A stretch of 64,000 nt of DNA from Candidatus Bathyarchaeota archaeon (GTDB lineage Archaea; Thermoproteota; Bathyarchaeia; Bathyarchaeales; SOJC01). The translations under genes were made by a program, and so were the position numbers. Below, piece by piece: positions 18,100-26,898 of this stretch (its first letter is position 1; every line of letters starts with the position of its first letter). Under the pieces are notes generated by a model. The model ran no database searches and was not told the origin of the DNA. It was given only the letters and a program-made list of their open reading frames with translations. The stretch lies in NCBI GenBank assembly GCA_023131225.1, contig JAGLZW010000007.1, positions 24,289-88,288 of the forward strand, in the 5' to 3' direction.

Positions 18100-18170
18100 C
18101 TATGTTAGTATATTCAGCCTAGTTCAGGCTTATTCTATATGAGCAACCATGGCGCTTGCAAACTAATCAT

Positions 18171-18235
18171 CAAAAAAGGAACTATGCGGTAGATACCTTC
18201 ACTGTGTTCATGGGTTCGAATCCAACCTTGCCGGC
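18171..18235 (+). repeat. tRNA-3'-half-like relic, family B copy 2
   Basis: CAAAAAAGGAACTATGCGGTAGATACCTTCACTGTGTTCATGGGTTCGAATCCAACCTTGCCGG; T-loop core GGGTTCGAATCC; aligns with copies at 22075 and 23030. Confidence 0.5.
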
Positions 18236-18244
18236 AACAGACCC

Positions 18245-18276
18245 AAAAAAAAGGGAGGGGGGAGGGGAGGGGGGGG
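18245..18276 (-). terminator. C-rich tract followed by T8 (minus-strand view) downstream of CDS 18344-18739
   Basis: The plus strand reads A8 then GGGAGGGGGGAGGGGAGGGGGGGG. On the transcribed minus strand this is a C-rich tract followed by an oligo-T run, the usual archaeal termination signal. Confidence 0.4.
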
Positions 18277-18343
18277 TCTAGGCGTCCCACAGATCCATTG
18301 CATTATGCGCAAAAGAATGAGCCATTATTGTTTATGCGCGACT

Positions 18344-18739
18344 CTATTCTGCCTTGGTTGCCTGCATATAGAAGCTTTCAATGACTTTCGTAGGTTCAAT
18401 TCTCAGGCATTGTATGACTTTGCGGCATCCAAAGCATTCATCTGGAAAAGGACTGCCTTTAGGCAATGTTGTTAGGTAGCCCACGTAATGGGCGCATTCC
18501 TTTTCTTCGACTTTATTCTCTGTTGGGAGTTTGGCTGGTGTTGCAGGTTTTTGAGGTTTTAAGGCCTTTCGGGGTTTTCTAGGTGCTTCTTTGGGGGTGA
18601 TTCTTCTCATGTATGTTGACAGCTTTATTTCTGTGGATGGTTTGAGTTTCATAAGAAGTGTGAAGTATAGTGTTAAGGTTAGGGTAATTACTGCGAAAGG
18701 CACGTAGAAGGCTGCGTCGTATGGAAGCATTTTTGTCAC
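18344..18739 (-). CDS. Membrane-anchored protein with a Pro/Lys-rich linker and a C-terminal Cys cluster
   Basis: N-terminal TM helix, linker PRKPRKALKPQKPATPAKLP, then CAHY...CFGCRKVIQC. Confidence 0.5.
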   Translation of the reverse strand: MTKMLPYDAAFYVPFAVITLTLTLYFTLLMKLKPSTEIKLSTYMRRITPKEAPRKPRKALKPQKPATPAKLPTENKVEEKECAHYVGYLTTLPKGSPFPDECFGCRKVIQCLRIEPTKVIESFYMQATKAE

Positions 18740-18816
18740 TTCTCTTTTGAGGCTTGGTTAGTTATAGGTTTAATGATGGTAAAATCCTTAGGGCAAATCT
18801 GTAGTGTAGTGAGCAT

Positions 18817-20322
18817 TTAGGTTATTTCAAATGTTATGATGCATTGAGAGTAAGTTGTCGTGCTTGAGGTGAGGATTTCAAGATAAACGTAAACGCAGGA
18901 TGTTCCTGTGCTGTTTGCTCCTACAGTCATAGCTATGTAGATGGTTTCCGAGTCACCTAGATCATACCATGGTCCAGTTTGGTTGATGTATAATCCGTTT
19001 TGGATGTAGATTTGGCGTGATGTGCCGTCTGAGGAATTGTGGAAGTAGATGGTGCAGTTTTCTAAACGGTCAATGTTGGCTTCAGCGTATTTCTTCAGCC
19101 TAATCTCCCAAGACTCTGTAGTAGCAGTGTTGTTTACTCTAAGAACGTAGTCATAGGTCGTGCCAACATCTGACCAAACGTGTAAAAGTGTTGCATCTAT
19201 GTTCCAGCTGTCTTGATTTGTGTCGCTGCTTTCTGTTCCACCCAGAAATCTTGCCGTGAAATCTTCGTTATTGAGCCAATCCGTTACTGAAACATTATTC
19301 CAGCTACTTGGTGTTAAGTTGTAAAGAAAATGCCAATCTGAAGTAGAAACGTTCCACGCATACACCATAATGTCTTCTGAACCACTGAACGCTCCAGTTT
19401 TTATGCATAATTCCTCGTATGTTTCGTCAAAGTCTACACTTGTCCATTGAACTTCTAAGTCAAGTTGGTAATTAGCTGCCCCCCCACTGCTGATTCCCAG
19501 TTTGACACAGTCCGCATAAACGTCACCAACTGCTCCAGCAGATTTGCCCTTCAAAACGATTGTAGCAGAGTTAATTTCTAAGGCGGTTGGCAAAGTCACG
19601 TTTAATAGTGCATCTTCGCCATCTTCTGTTTTTGTCATCCAGCTCCAATCAGTTGTGGCAGTGAATGTGACGGTCACTGTGGCTGTTGAATTAGATAATT
19701 CGACCACAATTTTTTCGTTTGTAGGTGATTTTTGATAGATACTAATGTTGACTGCATTTATAGTAGGGCTACCAACTAAATCATCGAACCCAAAACTTTC
19801 CCAGGATTTGCCTTGAGGAGTTGTTGTCACGTAACCATAATCAGTAGGCTCATTCTGCGTGCTTAACCAAGGATTCGAACCGACAGTAGTCCAATCCATT
19901 TGAGTTTCATCACAAGAATCAACGTATAGCCATGATGAAGCTGGACTGGAAGAAGAAGCTTCTGTCAAAGTGTCATTTATCCAATCTGGACCATGTTGTT
20001 GAGCCGTGAAGTTTGAATGTGTACCCTTGTCAGGGACGGAATCCACATTAGAGTCATTGTTATCAACAAAATCGTAGCCGTAGCCCGATACACTGACTTT
20101 TGCACTTGTCGAGTTCGTGTAGATTGTGCTTGTGCCAGCCGTACCTTCTTCAAGAATAACAGGCGGGGAACTAACCGTCATATAAGCTTGCATCAACAGA
20201 GAATAGTATGCGCTTCCCACCGCACTCTGCAGCGAGTAACCAAACAAAGCCAAGACAGTTAACACTAACCAAACCAAACATCGAATCCTTTTATGATCTA
20301 GACTTACCTTTACCCTACTCAC
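18817..20322 (-). CDS. Large secreted, sequon-rich protein (possible fibre/adhesin subunit)
   Basis: N-terminal TM/signal helix followed by SAYYSL; many N-x-S/T sequons; no catalytic motif seen. Confidence 0.6.
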   Translation of the reverse strand: MSRVKVSLDHKRIRCLVWLVLTVLALFGYSLQSAVGSAYYSLLMQAYMTVSSPPVILEEGTAGTSTIYTNSTSAKVSVSGYGYDFVDNNDSNVDSVPDKGTHSNFTAQQHGPDWINDTLTEASSSSPASSWLYVDSCDETQMDWTTVGSNPWLSTQNEPTDYGYVTTTPQGKSWESFGFDDLVGSPTINAVNISIYQKSPTNEKIVVELSNSTATVTVTFTATTDWSWMTKTEDGEDALLNVTLPTALEINSATIVLKGKSAGAVGDVYADCVKLGISSGGAANYQLDLEVQWTSVDFDETYEELCIKTGAFSGSEDIMVYAWNVSTSDWHFLYNLTPSSWNNVSVTDWLNNEDFTARFLGGTESSDTNQDSWNIDATLLHVWSDVGTTYDYVLRVNNTATTESWEIRLKKYAEANIDRLENCTIYFHNSSDGTSRQIYIQNGLYINQTGPWYDLGDSETIYIAMTVGANSTGTSCVYVYLEILTSSTTTYSQCIITFEIT

Positions 20323-20345
20323 AGATACTCTCCTCCAAGGATTAG

Positions 20346-20360
20346 AAAAAAAAAGGGGGG
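20346..20360 (-). terminator. C6-T9 tract (minus-strand view) just after the stop of CDS 20364-20912
   Basis: The plus strand reads AAAAAAAAAGGGGGG, 4 nt from the stop codon. Confidence 0.4.
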
Positions 20361-20363
20361 AGA

Positions 20364-20912
20364 TTATTGCTCAATATCAATATTCATCTCGATTGTTGCA
20401 GTTTGACCAGATGTCGCAGTCGCGTTTGCCATTGTTTGAACAATGATCGCATATTCTGTGTCTGCACTAACCTGTGTGAAACTGGTTGTTGAAGGCGTGG
20501 TCCAGCTAGATCCATCTGACGTATAATTCAATGATATCGTAGCAGAGGTATTCAACGTAAAGCTAATGTACACAAAGTATGCAGCACTGCCAGACAGCGA
20601 AACAGGTGTTAACCTAACGTTGTAGTTCGTACTTGTATGGTTGTTCCTCACCCTGATTGCATCATCGTAAGTCATGGTCATGTTCGGATAAGCTTTGAGC
20701 TGAGTTAGCGTTGCACTCTTGTTGTTATTAAAGATGTTTACTCCTGCAGTGGAATTATCTGGACCTTCCACAAAGTATACATCGTTTGCGGCAGTAGTGA
20801 TAGTTGACGTCATTTCCAACGAGTAATAGACGGCTGCGCTTGCAGAGATAACGAGCAAAGACATCAGCGTCAGAATCATCATCTTTACAGACTTGTTAAA
20901 CACTCGACCCAT
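20364..20912 (-). CDS. Small secreted sequon-rich protein (possible TasA/camelysin-like fibre subunit)
   Basis: Signal helix MMILTLMSLLVISASA followed by AVYYSLEMTS. This post-helix motif is shared with the neighbouring 501-aa protein. Beta-rich Thr/Ser/Asn composition. Confidence 0.55.
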   Translation of the reverse strand: MGRVFNKSVKMMILTLMSLLVISASAAVYYSLEMTSTITTAANDVYFVEGPDNSTAGVNIFNNNKSATLTQLKAYPNMTMTYDDAIRVRNNHTSTNYNVRLTPVSLSGSAAYFVYISFTLNTSATISLNYTSDGSSWTTPSTTSFTQVSADTEYAIIVQTMANATATSGQTATIEMNIDIEQ

Positions 20913-20919
20913 TTCGATC

Positions 20920-21405
20920 TCACCTCCTTTTCCAATATTTTTTCACGATTTGCGGAGTCACGAACACGGATATTGAAAGCCCGAGAACTATTGCACTGAA
21001 AAGCATAGCTATCTGAAAGAGAAACGCTGCTGCCATTTCCATCGCATAGTTAAGAACGAAGAACCCTGAAATTAGAAACGTCGGAAACACCACGGCGCCA
21101 GAAAAAATCTTCGCAAGAGTCCATTGCTTCTTTATGGCTGCAAGATGTACATTGAGAGCAATAACGCTGGCTAAGGCAATGGCTAGGTAGAGGAAACTAT
21201 ACCAGAATCGCATATAACCTCCGGACAAGGTCATAAACTCTTTGCTCAATAGAAGATGGGCATAGCCCCCTATTGCCGCGGCCTGAAACAGGTAAGGTAT
21301 TGTCTTAGGGAAATAATCATCTAGAAGACATGTCAATAGACTCATGGCTACGAAAACGTCGATACCAACGAAGAGGAAGAACTCCGGTAGCAAAGAGAAA
21401 CTCAT
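20920..21405 (-). CDS. Integral membrane protein, unknown function
   Basis: About five hydrophobic helices; lies 7 nt upstream of the secreted-protein gene on the same strand. Confidence 0.5.
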   Translation of the reverse strand: MSFSLLPEFFLFVGIDVFVAMSLLTCLLDDYFPKTIPYLFQAAAIGGYAHLLLSKEFMTLSGGYMRFWYSFLYLAIALASVIALNVHLAAIKKQWTLAKIFSGAVVFPTFLISGFFVLNYAMEMAAAFLFQIAMLFSAIVLGLSISVFVTPQIVKKYWKRR

Positions 21406-21658
21406 TTGATGCCCTCGAATTCAATGTCCAAATCAGAATCGAAGCATTATCTACTTAAGACATATGAATTGAAAATACGAATCAGTGTTACAATTGCGTC
21501 TTATTCAGCATATCATGAGAAAATTTAATTACAAGAAGCTTTTCGAGAACACAGTAAAATCCAAGTTTTTTCAATTCATGCGCGCATACGTCTCTATTCT
21601 CTTTCTAACTCCTTCGATTTGCATACTCTTTGGCGCGTTTGGCTTGGTCTTTCTAGAT

Positions 21659-21982
21659 CTATTGCAATGGATTGTTGGCATAAATACGCTTTTTAGTTGG
21701 ATGCTTGTTAATTGTCTTTTTTAACGCGCGATTTGCACTTCTTTGCGTGCGCTTAAGATATTCTATCAACGCGTTTACTGCGTCTACAGTTTCCTCTTCT
21801 TCAACAGTCGCAATATATTCGTTTGCTGCTTTAACTACGTCTCCCCTTTCTTCAGTAGTCAAGATTTGCGCGACTATAACACCTTCAAGCCATTTAGCGG
21901 CTGCAACCCGCCTATCCAAGTCTAAGCTTTCGATAACTTGCGCAATTTTCTTCAGAGATTCCTGACTGCGACTTTCAGTCAT
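21659..21982 (-). CDS. Hypothetical small helical protein
   Basis: ORF with a protein-like charged/helical composition; no motif recognised. Confidence 0.35.
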   Translation of the reverse strand: MTESRSQESLKKIAQVIESLDLDRRVAAAKWLEGVIVAQILTTEERGDVVKAANEYIATVEEEETVDAVNALIEYLKRTQRSANRALKKTINKHPTKKRIYANNPLQ

Positions 21983-22074
21983 GCGCTTTCGTCTTCCTTT
22001 AAATCTATCTCTGAGCGATACAAATTTTAGCCTTGTGGATTCAGAATCAATATACGACCATACTGCCTATACAA

Positions 22075-22140
22075 ATTGAAAAAAACGAGGTATGCGCGGT
22101 ACATTTCTAATGTGGGGAGGATTCAAATCCCATTCCACCA
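22075..22140 (+). repeat. tRNA-3'-half-like relic, family B copy 3
   Basis: GAAAAAAACGAGGTATGCGCGGTACATTTCTAATGTGGGGAGGATTCAAATCCCATTCCACCA. It has an anticodon-loop-like TTTCTAA, a T-loop-like GGATTCAAATCC and ends in CCA. Confidence 0.5.
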
Positions 22141-22236
22141 GTGCTTTTAAGGTTTGTCTTCGTTTTCTATGAGCGAGCGCTAAGATTTAAAAATGGAAGC
22201 GGATATTCAAACCTGAGTTTGAGAGAGGTGTTTCAA

Positions 22237-22989
22237 GTGAAAGAAAGAAACGTCGCCATAGTTGCTGGAAGTACGAATGGCGGTGCTGGGAGAAGCATTG
22301 CTCTGGCTCTCGCGAGGGAAGGCTTCAACATCGTTATTAACAATAGAAAGGATGAAAAAGCAGCTTCAGAAGTTGCGCACTCAGTGCAAAAATATGGTGT
22401 TGAAGCATTGATAGTTCATGCAGACATCACCAATCCGCAACAAGTAGAAGCGCTTGTTAAAGAAACAGTTAACAAATTTGGTCGTGTCGATATTCTTGTG
22501 ATTAACCCTGGAGGAGAATGGAAGCCTTGCGACCTAGTCGAAACCGACATAGAATCCGTGCGGGAGACGCTGGATGCTGAGACGATCAGCGTGTTCATCT
22601 GCTGCAAATACGTGCTACCCGTAATGAGAAAACAAAAATCCGGGCGCATAATACTCATTAGTATGGAGAATACGGATCTCCCAAATGTTCCTTCATGGGC
22701 TCCTTACGATTACATCCTAGGCAAATCAACTCGAACATATCTCGCAAGAGTAATTGGAGAAAGAGAAAAAGAACATGGAATAACTGTTAACGCTATTTGT
22801 CCAACAGCTTTTCCACACATTGCTGAAGAAGAAGCTGTTGCGATGAATGAACACCACAAGGCGTGGATCAACAGGAGAAAAACCATGCCACAAGATATCG
22901 CGGAAGCAGTAGTATATTTGACTTCAGAAGCAGGGCGCTTTGTTACTTGCAGCATCCTTCAGATAAGAGAGGTTAAACAAACGCAATAG
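22237..22989 (+). CDS. Short-chain dehydrogenase/reductase (SDR)
   Basis: GTG start after GAGAGAGGTG. Cofactor loop VAGSTNGGAGRSIA and catalytic YxxxK (YILGK). Confidence 0.8.
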   Translation: MKERNVAIVAGSTNGGAGRSIALALAREGFNIVINNRKDEKAASEVAHSVQKYGVEALIVHADITNPQQVEALVKETVNKFGRVDILVINPGGEWKPCDLVETDIESVRETLDAETISVFICCKYVLPVMRKQKSGRIILISMENTDLPNVPSWAPYDYILGKSTRTYLARVIGEREKEHGITVNAICPTAFPHIAEEEAVAMNEHHKAWINRRKTMPQDIAEAVVYLTSEAGRFVTCSILQIREVKQTQ

Positions 22990-23029
22990 ATCTATGAACT
23001 CAAGCACACTGCAAAGAATCTTCAGCGCC

Positions 23030-23092
23030 AGAAAAAAGAGGGATTTACGTGGAATATCTCTACTGTGAGGAGGGCTTAAATCCACCCCACAC
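23030..23092 (+). repeat. tRNA-3'-half-like relic, family B copy 4
   Basis: AGAAAAAAGAGGGATTTACGTGGAATATCTCTACTGTGAGGAGGGCTTAAATCCACCCCACAC is collinear with copy 3. Contains a 7-bp stem GGATTTA/TAAATCC. Confidence 0.5.
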
Positions 23093-23132
23093 TTCTTGAC
23101 GAACGCAATGAGAAGCTGAATAAAATCTGCGA

Positions 23133-24197
23133 TTATATCTCGGCTGCGTCAATGTACAATTTCCTTTCTCCAAGATCAGGGAATCGTTTTTGTTTCAGGG
23201 ATTTAATGAAGAAGTGCAGTTTTATCTTGGTGTGCCTGAACTGTGAAAGAACAGCTGCAATTTGACTCTCTGGATCCACTGGCATATGTAGAAAGTTGAT
23301 TTTATTCTCTAGAGCCATGTTGACTACATGTTTAATCAATTCTGTGATGCTTTCAGGGTCCTTGTAAGCCAGTGTAGTCAAGTTGTAGCTCGAGAGCGGC
23401 TCTCCTAGTTTGGGTATCTCAGGTATTTTGGTGAATAGCCCTACTAGTCTCATAAAAGATGTCTGAGCTTTCAGTCTCCAATTGAATTTCTGTATGATAT
23501 ATTTTCTTACCTTGTTGTAGTTCCAGTATCCTAAACAGGCTTTGATGCCCTCATTATCTTCATAAACAAAAATGTTGTGAAGATCGAAGTAGGGCAACCT
23601 TCTAACGTATCCTACAAAGTCTCTGGTTTGAAAAGGGGTGAAGAAGTTGTAATCGTGATACATCTCGTTAATCAGATTTGTTACCTTGTCAAGGTCGTTC
23701 TTCTCCATTTTCCTTATGTTCGTCTCTCTAGTGATTTTCTGTTTTCTGTAAACCATCAAAGAAAACGTTGTACAATCTTTTGCTCTCTTGAAACCCATTT
23801 TCGAAAACAAGTATATCGAAGGTAAGTTATCTTCGGTAATGTCTAGATATAATAAGTCAATGTTCTCGTCAAGTGCAACGTGTTCTATGTGCTTTTGCAG
23901 CTTTACTGCAACTCCTTTTCGTCTATAATGCGGATCAACTATGAATCCATACTCATAAGCTGTTTTAAATTGTCTACCTTCTACATAGGTACTACCGATT
24001 GCACATGCAGCAGAACCAACTATACTATTATCTTCAACAGCCACGAAAACACGCCAATCTTTAAAAGGCCTAGAACGGGCAAAGTAATCAGGTGAACTGT
24101 CGACACCAAGAACAAAATTAGTGCCTTGTGGACATTGTCTCTGAAGCTCAATGAGAACATCATTATCCTTTTCAATGGCCTCTCGAATTCTGATCAC
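23133..24197 (-). CDS. GNAT family N-acetyltransferase with an additional C-terminal domain
   Basis: Motif A YRRKGVAVKLQKHIE in the N-terminal half; 354 aa. Confidence 0.7.
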   Translation of the reverse strand: MIRIREAIEKDNDVLIELQRQCPQGTNFVLGVDSSPDYFARSRPFKDWRVFVAVEDNSIVGSAACAIGSTYVEGRQFKTAYEYGFIVDPHYRRKGVAVKLQKHIEHVALDENIDLLYLDITEDNLPSIYLFSKMGFKRAKDCTTFSLMVYRKQKITRETNIRKMEKNDLDKVTNLINEMYHDYNFFTPFQTRDFVGYVRRLPYFDLHNIFVYEDNEGIKACLGYWNYNKVRKYIIQKFNWRLKAQTSFMRLVGLFTKIPEIPKLGEPLSSYNLTTLAYKDPESITELIKHVVNMALENKINFLHMPVDPESQIAAVLSQFRHTKIKLHFFIKSLKQKRFPDLGERKLYIDAAEI

Positions 24198-24386
24198 AAT
24201 GCTCCCCTGACTTAGGACTTCTTACTGTTACCTCCGCTGGTATATACTAATTCATGTTTATGTATCCACACTAACAGGAATCCTCTTGAAGTAGAAAAAG
24301 AGCGAGTTAACGGGCATACATGCACATGAATAAAAATTCAAACTACTAATTATTGTTCTTAAATCGAGATAGATTCTTCAAAGTTA

Positions 24387-24719
24387 ATGTTGATTGCTCT
24401 GAAGTTTAATGAAAAAATTAACCAGCAAGATCTAGAAGGTTTAGCTGAATTAATGACTGATGATTACACATTCATAGATAACTTCGGAGAAATCACTAAA
24501 GGTAAAGATGTTATGAAAGAGGGTTGGAGAGAGTTCTTCAAGAAGTATCCTGATTACCAAAACATATTCACCTGTGTAACAATCCAAAACAATGTTGTTG
24601 TAATGGTTGGTTATTCCACCTGCTCTTATAAACCACTTGACGGTCCAAACATATGGACTGCTAAAATAAGTGGTGGACGTATATCCGAATGGAGAGTATA
24701 TTGGCTGGACCAAAGGTAA
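24387..24719 (+). CDS. SnoaL/NTF2-like small protein
   Basis: 110-aa cone-fold-like pattern (LAELMTDDYTFIDNFGEITKGKD...W..FF...P). Confidence 0.55.
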   Translation: MLIALKFNEKINQQDLEGLAELMTDDYTFIDNFGEITKGKDVMKEGWREFFKKYPDYQNIFTCVTIQNNVVVMVGYSTCSYKPLDGPNIWTAKISGGRISEWRVYWLDQR

Positions 24720-24727
24720 GAACAAGT

Positions 24728-24835
24728 TGAGGAAAAAAAGGGAAATGCGGGGGAAATTCGGGAGATATCTCCATTTGTCGCTGGTTTGTTCTAAAAGTCC
24801 ATTAAGGTGCCGAGGGTCGGATTTGAACCAGCGAC
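24728..24835. repeat. Family B copy 5: plus-oriented relic fused to an inverted tRNA 3'-end-like fragment
   Basis: TTCGGGAGATATCTCC (24757-24772) matches copy 6 at 15 of 16 positions. Perfect 10-bp inverted repeat GTCGCTGGTT (24777-24786) / AACCAGCGAC (24826-24835). On the minus strand, 24806-24835 reads GTCGCTGGTTCAAATCCGACCCTCGGCACC (T arm plus acceptor 3' strand). Confidence 0.5.
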
Positions 24836-24917
24836 ACATTCACTTCCTCTTCCTGAAGAACCTGAGATCTTCCATGTCGCAAGGGGTATCTCCACAGTGT
24901 ATAAGGTTCAAATCGCT

Positions 24918-25697
24918 CTACAACTGAACAACATGATTCTCTTCAAAGTCAATCTCCAGATACACTGCCCCCGGTGACCAATCAGGTGTAGCATATAAAC
25001 GCTGTCCATTGGGCGCGAACACGTATCCACCACCAGGAAAATCCTCGTCCACCGTACGACCCGCTTGTGTTGCCACGGCCACCCAGATACTGTATTTCTG
25101 GGCATATCGGCTCAGATATTTCTGGCACTCGCATTCCCACCACTCGAAGCCTGCCCGCCAATCTCGCGTGGCCTGATCACCATGTAGTCCCGGGGCAGCT
25201 ACCTCAAAGACAATCTTTGCACCTTGACGGGCACACTCAGCGAAAACCTCGTGATTGCGGATATCAGCGCAGATTGCAATACCGAGGGGCAAGTCATCAT
25301 GCTTAAAGATTGGTATCAAATCTCCAGGAGAAAACCACTCTGCCTCTTCTTCCACAATTCGCTTCTTGCGGTAGAAACCCAACAACTTTCCATTCCGAAC
25401 CATCACCTGAGTGATGAAAGGTTTGCCATCTGGCTTCTCTTCAATCAATCCTGCAAGAACGGTAATCGACTTTCCACGAGTTAACTCCAGCAACCGACCC
25501 AGTTCCGGTCCATCCAAGTGTATGATTGCCTTCGGATACTTGGTGGGGTCAGCGTAACCTGTGATGCTCATCTCCGGGAAGCTGACAATGTCTAAGCCAT
25601 AGGCGACGGCTTTATCCAAGTAGCGCGCTGTGCTTTTCAGATTCTCAGTAATTGCTGCTTTTTCACAGCGCATTTGAACTAAGCCAATCTTTACCAT
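24918..25697 (-). CDS. Carbon-nitrogen hydrolase (nitrilase superfamily)
   Basis: Glu-Lys-Cys triad contexts FPEMSITGY, YRKKRIV and GIAICADI. Confidence 0.8.
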   Translation of the reverse strand: MVKIGLVQMRCEKAAITENLKSTARYLDKAVAYGLDIVSFPEMSITGYADPTKYPKAIIHLDGPELGRLLELTRGKSITVLAGLIEEKPDGKPFITQVMVRNGKLLGFYRKKRIVEEEAEWFSPGDLIPIFKHDDLPLGIAICADIRNHEVFAECARQGAKIVFEVAAPGLHGDQATRDWRAGFEWWECECQKYLSRYAQKYSIWVAVATQAGRTVDEDFPGGGYVFAPNGQRLYATPDWSPGAVYLEIDFEENHVVQL

Positions 25698-25773
25698 CCA
25701 ATCATTCTACCCCTACCGAAAACTCTGACTAATAAATGAATGGTGAAAACGTATAAAAAATCTAGTTAGCGTC

Positions 25774-25838
25774 GAGAAAAGGGGGTTTCGGGAGATGTCT
25801 CCGCGCCGGTGGGGGTTCAAATCCCACATCACTCACCG
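25774..25838 (+). repeat. tRNA-3'-half-like relic, family B copy 6
   Basis: GAGAAAAGGGGGTTTCGGGAGATGTCTCCGCGCCGGTGGGGGTTCAAATCCCACATCACTCACC; T arm GGGGG-TTCAAAT-CCCAC with one mismatch. Confidence 0.5.
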
Positions 25839-25938
25839 AAGATTTGTGGTGTGAACATACATGTTCCTTCACTTGTAGATTCAACCATTCTAATAGGTTT
25901 TGCATAACTTTTTCTACATGTGTCTAAGCATTTCCCTT

Positions 25939-26700
25939 CTACTTTTTGATTGTGAAGCTCAAAGCTTCTTGAGGGCAAGCCTCAATGCATCGCCCACATA
26001 GTATGCAATCTGTTGAATTTCCGATGTCTTCCAGTTTAGTAATTCCCATTCCACAAGCGTCAAGACACACAGAGCATTTTTTGCATTTGCTTTCATTTAG
26101 GCTCATGTTTACCATACTTACCTTGTTGAAAGCTCCGGCGATTGCTCCCATTGGACATAAATAACGGCACCAGAAGCGACTAACCAACAAAGCCAGAATA
26201 ATTGTCAGAACAAGCGTGAGCATATGAACATAGAAGTATAAGCCAAATCCTGGAAGTCTGCCAAAGAGGAAATATTCACGCAGAGAATATGGTATGGATG
26301 CGAAAAGAGAGCCAGATGGGCAAAGCTTACAGAAGATTGTATCCAAAGCAAACCATGCCAAAATGAACGTTAGAAACAAAATTGCATACTTAACAAACCA
26401 AAAGTTTCGAGTTTCAACTCCTTTTCTGCGATTTGTAGGACTCAGCACATCATGTAATGTTCCGAAAGGACAAGCCCAACCGCAAAAAGCTCGACCAAAA
26501 ACTACTCCATAAACTCCAAGAGAGCCGATAGTGAAAAGGGGAAACTGTTGGTATATTATGAAGTTTTGCAGCACACCAATTGGGCAACCAAAAGCAGCAA
26601 AGGGGCAACCATAACAATAAAGGAAAGGGCAAACAAAACCTGTTTTAAGAATGCGGATAAATCCTAGATTAGAAACAAGAAAAGAGATAATCTGAATCAT
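25939..26700 (-). CDS. Membrane polyferredoxin-like 4Fe-4S protein (NapH/MauN-like)
   Basis: Start trimmed to MIQIIS. Several TM helices with CP(F/M)G motifs, and a C-terminal CKKCSVCLDAC ... CILCGRCIEACP. Confidence 0.7.
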   Translation of the reverse strand: MIQIISFLVSNLGFIRILKTGFVCPFLYCYGCPFAAFGCPIGVLQNFIIYQQFPLFTIGSLGVYGVVFGRAFCGWACPFGTLHDVLSPTNRRKGVETRNFWFVKYAILFLTFILAWFALDTIFCKLCPSGSLFASIPYSLREYFLFGRLPGFGLYFYVHMLTLVLTIILALLVSRFWCRYLCPMGAIAGAFNKVSMVNMSLNESKCKKCSVCLDACGMGITKLEDIGNSTDCILCGRCIEACPQEALSFTIKK

Positions 26701-26898
26701 TTTTCTCTTGTTCCCAAGCTCCAAGAACAGTTGCCACCTTATCCTAATCCTATACAAGAAGCACAAACATATCTGACTAGCGTCTCTATTAACCAGTAAT
26801 CATCTATACTCAGCGATATTGTGGCTGCGAAAACAGCTATCAAAAGAAGTTTAGCCTTTAAATTCAATCCAAACCCCATTTTACCATCCTCATTTTCA

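Noticed and set aside
22075-25838. Family B copies as functional tRNAs or Nanoarchaeum-style split tRNA 3' halves
   Set aside because: No complementary acceptor 5' strand or leader complement is present nearby. The T stems carry mismatches or irregular loops (6- or 9-nt). They are treated as relics in the findings instead.
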